Below are positions 56,756-64,000 of a stretch of DNA of 64,000 nucleotides, in pieces. The notes below the pieces were generated by a model. The model was not told where the DNA came from and searched no databases. It saw only the letters and a program-made list of their open reading frames with translations. The DNA is from Candidatus Latescibacterota bacterium. Its GTDB lineage: Bacteria; Latescibacterota; UBA2968. The stretch is taken from positions 3,328,001 through 3,392,000 of the forward strand of contig OZ242320.1 in NCBI GenBank assembly GCA_965208125.1. Reading direction: 5' to 3'. A program made the translations under genes and the position numbers. The stretch's first letter is position 1. Each line of letters opens with the position of its first letter.

Positions 56756-58126
56756 TTAACTCGGCTGGAACCGAAACGCAAATAGATCCGCGTCCTTGAG
56801 GGTGAAGCGTAACCGCACTGGCTGACCTGCCAGCAGACGCATATCTCCCCTACTCTCCCAACGGACTGTACCGTCAATGGCATCGCCGAATATCTCAGGG
56901 CACTCGTCCAGTGAGAAGCCCGGCTGCGGATGCCCTTCCGTATCCTGGATCTCAACGCGCACAAGTCCCACCGCTGATGTCGAAAAGTTCAATCTCAGAC
57001 TGTCGCCTGTGAAAATGAACGGACGGGTGACGAACTCGCCGCCAGCGTAGCCTGCCCGGACCGACACGAACCCGTCGGTTCGGAGCGAGAATCGACGAAT
57101 ATGGACAGTTGGCAGGCGCCAATTTTCCATACCGTACAGCGAGAGTTCATCGGGTGAAGTTTGCAGAATGCCCCGCTCCATGTACATTCCGCGCTCATGC
57201 CAGTTGCCCTCATCGAGCCCGGGACGGACAAAAGCCTCCATAAAGCTGCGGTCAAAGTGGCGTCCATCGCGGCTGGACATAAACACGATGTCATTCACGC
57301 CTGAACCGTATTTCCAGCCCGGAATTGGCTCGCGTTCTGGCACGAAGCGTGACGGAAACATCAGATATATGCCCGGCGCCCGCTCATAAGGCACGCAGGC
57401 ATTGGTGTAGAGATGTTCATAGGGAATCTCGCCGGTGTCAATCAGTTCAAGCGGTGTCCAATGGCGAAAGTCTTTGGAGGTCGTGCGGCGAATCCAGCGC
57501 ACCCCGTTTATGAAGTTGCCCTTACCCGCCACGCCGCGCGTGTACGCGACATATTCCTCCCGTTCCGCGTCCCAAAAGGCGATATTGTGTGAATCAAAGG
57601 GTTGATCGGTCAGGATTGGTGCATCCTGCATCAGTCGCCAGCGGAGACCGTCAGGCGAGGCCAACGCGAGTACATCACTGGTACGCACAATGGCTTTGTA
57701 CCGTTCTTCGTCTAACGCGTTGGGATTGCCGTCGAGAAACGGCGACATGTTCTTACCCGGTCCCGCCCAGACGAGGTTATTCTCTTTCGAATCTTGAAAT
57801 TCAATCAGTCCGAGTCGTGGCTTCTCCCAATGAACGCCGTCGGTGCTTTCAGCATAGGCGATGAGCGGTTGACGCGTACCGCGAATCGGCATCTTCGGGT
57901 CGCAGCGATACCACGCGCGGAACCGGTCGCCTTCGCGGAACGTTACCATATAGGAAACACCGCCCAGTTCCCACGGATGCTCAGCGGAAATTACAACCTC
58001 GCGACGCACAGGTTCATGCAAGTGCTGCGTAACACCCTGCGCTTCAGCAATCCAGAAATTGTCCACGAATAGTTGGCGGTCTGTGCCGATGTGGATAGGT
58101 GAACTGTTGTTATCTTGTCGTTCCAT
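56756..58126 (-). CDS. Putative beta-propeller glycoside-hydrolase-like protein
   Basis: RQLFVD, Asp-box-like ESTDGVHW, SPDGLRW, SKDFRHW, SRDGRHF; LRTDGFVS. Confidence 0.6.
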   Translation of the reverse strand: MERQDNNSSPIHIGTDRQLFVDNFWIAEAQGVTQHLHEPVRREVVISAEHPWELGGVSYMVTFREGDRFRAWYRCDPKMPIRGTRQPLIAYAESTDGVHWEKPRLGLIEFQDSKENNLVWAGPGKNMSPFLDGNPNALDEERYKAIVRTSDVLALASPDGLRWRLMQDAPILTDQPFDSHNIAFWDAEREEYVAYTRGVAGKGNFINGVRWIRRTTSKDFRHWTPLELIDTGEIPYEHLYTNACVPYERAPGIYLMFPSRFVPEREPIPGWKYGSGVNDIVFMSSRDGRHFDRSFMEAFVRPGLDEGNWHERGMYMERGILQTSPDELSLYGMENWRLPTVHIRRFSLRTDGFVSVRAGYAGGEFVTRPFIFTGDSLRLNFSTSAVGLVRVEIQDTEGHPQPGFSLDECPEIFGDAIDGTVRWESRGDMRLLAGQPVRLRFTLKDADLFAFRFQPS

Positions 58127-58152
58127 TTTGGACTCTTTCGTTTATAAAAAAA

Positions 58153-59127
58153 TTAAAAAAGGGAGAGTTGAACGGGGTCTTGTTCTGTTGTGGGTTGTGG
58201 GGTGGGTTGTCTGGCGGGTCTGTCCTGAGGATAGCATACGGCTTTGAAGGGACAGGTGGTACACAGGTGGGTGTTTGTCGTCATTGGAAAGGTGTCTTGC
58301 GATGCGGTATTTTGCTCGGTATCGTTGAGGAGGGCGCGCATTTTCTGGACGCTTTCGGTGACGAATATACGGGTCTGGGCGAGGTCGTCAGGAGAGAGGT
58401 CCAGGGTGCGTTCGGCGCTGGTTTGCAGGTAGATGTCCTGGAGTTGCAGGTCGGATAATGCGACGTCCCACTGCGAGGTGGCGTACAGGGCGTACACAGC
58501 GAGTTGGTGGCGGTCGGCCTGGCGTTCGCGCCCGGTTTTCCAGTCGAAGATATAGACCGATGGATCGCGGCGAATTGCCACGTCGAGCACGACCCAGATT
58601 TTGGTACTGGCAAGGGTAAAATCTGTGAGGTCCTCAATGGTGAGATAGTCTTCGGGGCGGGCAGATTGCAGGGTGGTGTAGGCTTTGGAATCGAAAAAAG
58701 CATTGAGACTTGTCGAGATGTGATTGGCCGAATTGATCTGGTCGGTTTCTGTAAAGGGTTCGTTGTAATAGTGTTCAAACAAATTGGTGTATTGAGAGGC
58801 CGAATAGCGCCAGAGATGATCTTTGGATTCTTGCAGACGTTGGTGAAATAAATTTTGCGCGTAGGTCTCGACGGCAAAGGGGAGAATATCGCGTCCCAAT
58901 TTCAGTGCATTGAGTACGTTGCTGATGGCGTCGTGAACCACGGTACCGACAAGTTGCGGTACTGTGGTTATTTTTTTTAGGCGATAGAGCAATTGGGTCT
59001 GCGCGTCTGCGCCTTTGTCCCAGCCACCCCAGCTGCCGTAGTAGTTGAAGTAGTATTGTCGCTTGCACGATTCAAACATGCGATGGCGCGAAGGCGACCA
59101 GGAAAATTCGTTTTGGAAATTGGACAT
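58153..59127 (-). CDS. PD-(D/E)XK nuclease (Cas4/AddB-like, Fe-S cysteines)
   Basis: SPSR..F.SC.RQYY, GTVVH, LD..IFDWKTG, QLAVY, CTTCPFKAVC; ends QLSLF. Confidence 0.85.
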   Translation of the reverse strand: MSNFQNEFSWSPSRHRMFESCKRQYYFNYYGSWGGWDKGADAQTQLLYRLKKITTVPQLVGTVVHDAISNVLNALKLGRDILPFAVETYAQNLFHQRLQESKDHLWRYSASQYTNLFEHYYNEPFTETDQINSANHISTSLNAFFDSKAYTTLQSARPEDYLTIEDLTDFTLASTKIWVVLDVAIRRDPSVYIFDWKTGRERQADRHQLAVYALYATSQWDVALSDLQLQDIYLQTSAERTLDLSPDDLAQTRIFVTESVQKMRALLNDTEQNTASQDTFPMTTNTHLCTTCPFKAVCYPQDRPARQPTPQPTTEQDPVQLSLF

Positions 59128-59130
59128 GTT

Positions 59131-60405
59131 TCAATAAAGCGCGTTTAAGACATCGAAATACGTCGGAAATGTTTTGTTGACGCAGTCGGGGTCGTTTATG
59201 ACAATGCCGGGGATTTTTAGTCCGATCAGCGATAGGCTCATCGCCATGCGGTGATCGTCATACGTGTCCAGTGCCGAGGATTGGATGTGGTCTGCTGGAT
59301 AGACTGTGAGGCCATCGGCGCGGGTATCAACGCGCACGCCGAGTTTGTTCAGTTCGGTTTTGAGTGCGGCGATGCGGTCGGTTTCGTGGAGGCGGAGGAC
59401 GGCTACGTTGCGTACGCGGATTGGAGCAGACGCAAATGGAGCCATCGCGCACAGGGTTGGCACGATGTCGGGCGTGGCGTTCATGTCGATGTCGAGTCCC
59501 GACAGGCGGCCTGTTCCGCGCACTTCAATGCCTTCGGGGTCTTTGTTTACCTCACATCCCATTTTGGAGAGGATATCGACAAAGCCAATGTCGCCTTGAA
59601 TGGATTGCGCCGTTAAATTGGGTATGCGCACGCGACCACCTGTGAGTGCGGCTGCGGCAAAAAAGTAAGAGGCGTTGGACGCATCGGGTTCGATCTGGTA
59701 GGTGCGGGAATGATAGCGCTGGCCTGCGCGTGCTGTGAAAGAGCGGTAATTATTATTGGTGACTTCAATGCCAAAATCGCGCATGACGGCAATGGTGAGG
59801 TCGATATACGGTTTGGATACGAGGTCGCCTTTGACGTGGATTTCGACATCACTTTGGGCATAGGAAGCTACCTGAAGCAGAGCCGTGAAATACTGGCTGC
59901 TTTTGTTGCCGTTCATGGTGGTGCGGCCGCCCTTGAGGCCAGAGGCGACGATGAGCGCGGGGGGGCATAGCCCGTCTTTGCCTTCACAACGCGCGGTTAC
60001 GCCGAGGGGGGTGAGGCCGTCGAGGAGGTCCTGGATAGGGCGCTCGCGCATCCGTTCGACGCCGTCTATGGTATAGGTTCCAGTGCCGAGGCAGAGATAT
60101 GCCGCGAGAAAGCGCGCTGAGGTGCCCGAGTTGCCAATGTGGAGTTCTGCGCGGTCAGCGGGAATAAGCCCGCCTGTGCCATAGACGCTAAATGCGTTAT
60201 CTGATTCATCTACGCGAATGCCCAGATCGCGCAAGGCATTTGCCATATACCGCGTGTCATCGCTCATGAGTGCGTTGTTGAGGTGGCTGATACCATCTGC
60301 AAGGGCGGCAATTAGCAGAACGCGGTTGGTGATGCTTTTAGAACCCGGAATCGCGACATCTGCATCAACTGGGGCTTTCATGGATCGGATTTTAAGAGTT
60401 TTCAT
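59131..60405 (-). CDS. aroA: EPSP synthase
   Basis: PGSKSITNR, GNSGTSARF, SSQY, LRLHETDR, DDHRMAM, KTFP. Confidence 0.96.
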   Translation of the reverse strand: MKTLKIRSMKAPVDADVAIPGSKSITNRVLLIAALADGISHLNNALMSDDTRYMANALRDLGIRVDESDNAFSVYGTGGLIPADRAELHIGNSGTSARFLAAYLCLGTGTYTIDGVERMRERPIQDLLDGLTPLGVTARCEGKDGLCPPALIVASGLKGGRTTMNGNKSSQYFTALLQVASYAQSDVEIHVKGDLVSKPYIDLTIAVMRDFGIEVTNNNYRSFTARAGQRYHSRTYQIEPDASNASYFFAAAALTGGRVRIPNLTAQSIQGDIGFVDILSKMGCEVNKDPEGIEVRGTGRLSGLDIDMNATPDIVPTLCAMAPFASAPIRVRNVAVLRLHETDRIAALKTELNKLGVRVDTRADGLTVYPADHIQSSALDTYDDHRMAMSLSLIGLKIPGIVINDPDCVNKTFPTYFDVLNALY

Positions 60406-60658
60406 AAGTATGAAAATAAATTAAAAATCAAAAATGAACAAGGCACAATAGTTTCCCTGTCGGTGTTTTTTCGATGTCCTGTTTTAATGGCGCATACGCA
60501 CGTTCTCACCCTGCCATTCTGACGCTTGATTTTTCTAGATACTGGTTTTAGATTAAAGAGCAGATTGTGATATTCTCTCCTAATTCTTTTCCTCTCTCCA
60601 ATTTCTTTGTTTGTCCGAGATGCCTTCCCCCAACATCTCCATTTACGGGAGTGTGTTG

Positions 60659-63600
60659 ATGAAATCCTCTGACTTTGTCCATTTGCACAGCCACACCATG
60701 TATAGCTTGCTCGATGGTGCGTCGAGAATAGAAGATATTGCCCAAATAGCCGCCGAATGGGGCATGCCTGCGGTTGCAATGACCGATCACGGCAATCTTT
60801 TTGGTGCCATTGATTTTTATCGCGCGATGAAAGATGTGGGCGTCAATCCGATTATCGGGTGCGAAGTGTATTGCGCGCTCGGAAGTCGATTTGACAGAAA
60901 ATCTATGCCGGGTCTTCAGGGCAGTTCAAACCATCTGGTTTTGCTGGTCAAAAATTATACGGGATATAAAAATCTGATCAAGCTGGTGTCTTCGGGGTAT
61001 CTCGAGGGCTATTATTATAATCCGCGTATAGACAAAGACTTGCTGCGCCAGCATTCGGAAGGGCTGATTTGCCTGTCGGCATGCGTCGGAGGCGAGGTTC
61101 CCTATTTGATCGAACGCGAGGGATACAAGGCGGCGCAAAAGGCAGTGGAAACATATCTCGATATTTTCGGCGATGATTATTATCTGGAGATTCAGCGACA
61201 CGGCATTGACAAAGAAAAAAAGATCAATCCCGGATTGGTCAAGCTGCACGAGGAGATGGGCGTGCCTCTGGTGGCGACCAATGATTCGCATTTTACGCGC
61301 GCTGAAGACCACGAAGCGCATGCGGCTCTGGTCGCTATTCAGACGGGTAAGACATTGGACGATCCCAAGCGCATGTGTTATCCCGAAGGCGTGTATTTTA
61401 AGTCGGCAGAGGAGATGTACGAGCTGTTTCAGGATATGCCACACGTTCTGGAACCCACGCTTGAGATTGCCGAAAAATGCAATCTCGAGATTGCATTTGA
61501 GGAATCTCACGCGCCTGATTTCCCTTTGCCAGAGAGGTATGATTCGGCCAGCGATTATCTGGGCGATCTGGCGCGCGAGGGCATGGAAACGCGGTGCAAA
61601 CAGGTGACCTCTGAGCATGAGGAACGCTTGAAGTTTGAGTTGGGCGTGATCGATCAGACGGGATATCCGGGCTATTTTTTGATTTTGCACGATCTGGTGC
61701 AATTTTCCAATGCCTCTGGCATCCGCGCAGGCGCGCGTGGGTCTGCTGTGAGTAGTCTGGTGGCTTATGCACTGGGTATTACGGCTGTGGATCCCATCGA
61801 ATACGGGCTGGTGTTTGAGCGATTTTTGAATCCCGAGCGGATTTCGCCGCCCGATATTGATCTCGATATTGCCGACCGCGACCGCGAGCAGATCATCGAT
61901 TACGTGGTGGAAAAATACGGGCGTGACAATGTATGTCAGGTGATTACGTTTGGAACCATGGGGGCGAAGGGTGTGATTCGCGATGTGGGACGGGTGTTGG
62001 ACCGGCCATTTGCAGAAGTCGATGGAATTTCAAAACTGGTGCCCGCAGAGTTGAAGATGACACTCGATAAAGCACTCGATCAGGTGCCCGAGTTGCGTCA
62101 GATTGCGGAAGATGGGAGCACGGGGCAAAAGATGATCGGCATAGGAAAGCAACTCGAAGGTCTGGCGCGCCATGCGTCGATTCACGCGGCTGCTGTGGTG
62201 ATTACGCCCGAGCCTGTGACCGAGTTTATGCCCGTTTACAAAGCGCCCAAAGGCGGGGAGGTGATGACGCAGTACAATATGCACCACGTGGAAGACCTGG
62301 GCTTTTTGAAGATGGACTTTTTGGGGCTTCGCAATCTGACAGTGATTGACGATGCCGTGAAGATGGTGAAGGAAAATTACGGCGTGGATGTGGATGTGGA
62401 TAACTTGCCTCTGGACGATGAGGCGACCTATCGCCTGTTTGGCCGGGGCGATACGACCGGGGTGTTCCAGTTTGAAAGCGCAGGGATGAGGGGCTATTTG
62501 GAACAGTTGAAGCCGGATACGATTGGCGATATTATTGCGATGAACGCGCTTTATCGCCCGGGACCGATGAAATATATTCCCAATTACGTTGACCGCAAGC
62601 ACGGGCGGGAAGAAGTGACGTATGACGATGAGAAGATGTGCCCGGCTCTGGAGGAGACGTACGGCATTATTACTTACCAGGAACAGGTACAACGCCTGTG
62701 CCGCGATCTCGCCGGATTTACACTTGCCAAAGCCGATGGCATCCGCAAAGCCATGGGGAAGAAGTTGGCCGATGTGATGGAAAAGTATCGGCTCGAATTT
62801 TTAGATGGGGCCACGACCAATGGCGTTGAAAAAGCGGTTGCAGAACAGATATGGAGGGATATTGAGGTTTTCTCGGGTTATGGATTCAACAAGGCGCATA
62901 GTGCGGGCTATTCGATGGTAGCTTACCAGTGCGCGTATCTCAAGGCGCATTATCCGGCTGAATTTATGGCGGCGAACCTCAACAGTGAAATTGGCAATAT
63001 TGATCGTCTGGTCGTTTTGATTGAAGAATGCCGGCGAATGGGTCTGGATGTATTGCCCCCGGATGTGAATGAAGGGCAGGGCGATTTTGTGGCGGCCAAA
63101 AACGAGATTCGAATGGGTATGGCTGCCATTCGCAATGTGGGGCGCAGCGCGGTTCAAGCGATTGTTGCAGCGCGTGAAGCAGACGGCCCCTTTGAGTCGC
63201 TATTTGATTTTTGCGACCGCGTGGATTCTCAGGCTGTGAATAGGCGGTGTATCGAAAGTCTGATTAAAGCCGGTGCTTATGATTGCGTGCCCGGGCATCG
63301 CGCGCAGTTGCTCGAAGCCTTAGACCGCGCACTGGAGATGGCGCAATCTGTACAGATGGATCGCGCGCGCGGGCAAATTTCCATGTTTGAAATGGTCGAG
63401 ATGCAAACGCAGATGGTGAACGACCAATCGTTGCCCGAGGTTGAGGAATGGACTGAGCGCGAACACCTCGCTTTTGAAAAAGATATGCTGGGCTTTTATC
63501 TTTCGGGGCATCCGCTGGAACGCTACAGAACCGATTTGGCAGAAATGGGTATGAGATCGGTAAATGATCTGAAGGAATTGCCCGATGGTGCTGAGGTCCA

Positions 63601-64000
63601 GGTGGGAGGCGTGTTGGCCGAGGTAAAACCGCATACGACACGTGATGGCCGGCCCATGGCTTTTGGTACGCTGGAAGATTTGAGCGGCGCGGTTGATCTG
63701 GTGGTGTTTTCCGATACTTTTGAAAAATTGCGCGAGCAACTGCTGGTCGATGAAATGGTGGTTTTACAAGGTCGGTTTTCCGCACGCAATGGACGGTCTT
63801 CGGTGCAGGTTGAAAATGTGATGCCTATTGAGCAAGCGCGCGAGCAATTGGCCGATACCGTCAATGTGTTGTTGCCGGGTGATTTAATTCGGATGGAGCC
63901 ACTCAAATCGCTGCATACCCTGTGTCTGAAACATCCGGGCAACTGTCAGTTGCGGTTACATCTGAAATTAGAGCGCGACCATTCCACCATCGTCCTGTCC
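60659..64000 (+). CDS. dnaE: DNA polymerase III alpha subunit (partial, runs off window)
   Basis: Manual translation MKSSDFVHLHSHTMYSLLDG...AMTDHG, ATNDSH, FERFLNPER.SPPDIDLD, LKMDFLGL, GVFQFES, YGFNKAHS. Confidence 0.97.
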   Translation, partial: MKSSDFVHLHSHTMYSLLDGASRIEDIAQIAAEWGMPAVAMTDHGNLFGAIDFYRAMKDVGVNPIIGCEVYCALGSRFDRKSMPGLQGSSNHLVLLVKNYTGYKNLIKLVSSGYLEGYYYNPRIDKDLLRQHSEGLICLSACVGGEVPYLIEREGYKAAQKAVETYLDIFGDDYYLEIQRHGIDKEKKINPGLVKLHEEMGVPLVATNDSHFTRAEDHEAHAALVAIQTGKTLDDPKRMCYPEGVYFKSAEEMYELFQDMPHVLEPTLEIAEKCNLEIAFEESHAPDFPLPERYDSASDYLGDLAREGMETRCKQVTSEHEERLKFELGVIDQTGYPGYFLILHDLVQFSNASGIRAGARGSAVSSLVAYALGITAVDPIEYGLVFERFLNPERISPPDIDLDIADRDREQIIDYVVEKYGRDNVCQVITFGTMGAKGVIRDVGRVLDRPFAEVDGISKLVPAELKMTLDKALDQVPELRQIAEDGSTGQKMIGIGKQLEGLARHASIHAAAVVITPEPVTEFMPVYKAPKGGEVMTQYNMHHVEDLGFLKMDFLGLRNLTVIDDAVKMVKENYGVDVDVDNLPLDDEATYRLFGRGDTTGVFQFESAGMRGYLEQLKPDTIGDIIAMNALYRPGPMKYIPNYVDRKHGREEVTYDDEKMCPALEETYGIITYQEQVQRLCRDLAGFTLAKADGIRKAMGKKLADVMEKYRLEFLDGATTNGVEKAVAEQIWRDIEVFSGYGFNKAHSAGYSMVAYQCAYLKAHYPAEFMAANLNSEIGNIDRLVVLIEECRRMGLDVLPPDVNEGQGDFVAAKNEIRMGMAAIRNVGRSAVQAIVAAREADGPFESLFDFCDRVDSQAVNRRCIESLIKAGAYDCVPGHRAQLLEALDRALEMAQSVQMDRARGQISMFEMVEMQTQMVNDQSLPEVEEWTEREHLAFEKDMLGFYLSGHPLERYRTDLAEMGMRSVNDLKELPDGAEVQVGGVLAEVKPHTTRDGRPMAFGTLEDLSGAVDLVVFSDTFEKLREQLLVDEMVVLQGRFSARNGRSSVQVENVMPIEQAREQLADTVNVLLPGDLIRMEPLKSLHTLCLKHPGNCQLRLHLKLERDHSTIVLS

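Noticed and set aside
41400-58130. Island as prophage, ICE or CRISPR-associated transposon
   Set aside because: No integrase, tns genes, phage structural genes or flanking att repeats seen; Cas3 is intact.
60659-64000. Intein or split in dnaE
   Set aside because: Motif spacing looks ordinary; absence from the ORF track is explained by the missing stop at the window edge.
1-64000. tRNA or rRNA genes
   Set aside because: None recognised; intergenic gaps are short and lack cloverleaf signatures.

Overview
Bacterial chromosome segment. Housekeeping DNA flanks a ~17 kb accessory island (~41.4-58.1 kb). The GWxTD, DUF4159/DUF4175, sigma factor lacking region 1.1, PhyH/Gfo enzymes and GTAG REP-like repeats suggest an FCB-group organism such as Latescibacterota; this is inference only. 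Left part: catabolic enzymes (PhyH, Zn-ADH, PL2 pectate-lyase-like, Gfo/Idh/MocA), dusA, a plant-HPR1-like hydroxypyruvate reductase and a fused indolepyruvate:ferredoxin oxidoreductase. These are followed by a long minus-strand run ygfZ-folB-folK-dNK-panB-panC-sod-prx-iscA-rny-iscU-queG-miaB-lipA, then qor, NUDIX, a sigma-70 factor and murD. Middle: a DUF4159-DUF4175-TPR-MoxR operon and a Mur ligase/LD-carboxypeptidase/M48/AsmA operon. The island carries a complete but atypical type I-C-like CRISPR-Cas system in the order cas5-cas8-cas7-cas3-cas4-cas1-cas2, with no cas6. Its large subunit is divergent and has a strong internal RBS for a hidden Cas11. The 51-repeat array has nine trailer repeats showing stem covariation and a period-4 pattern. 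Upstream of cas5 are a WYL regulator, a candidate structured RNA and intact plus decayed toxin-antitoxin modules. Right end: a Cas4/AddB-like nuclease ending in the clamp-binding motif QLSLF, aroA and partial dnaE. All calls come from motif recognition by eye; no searches were run.
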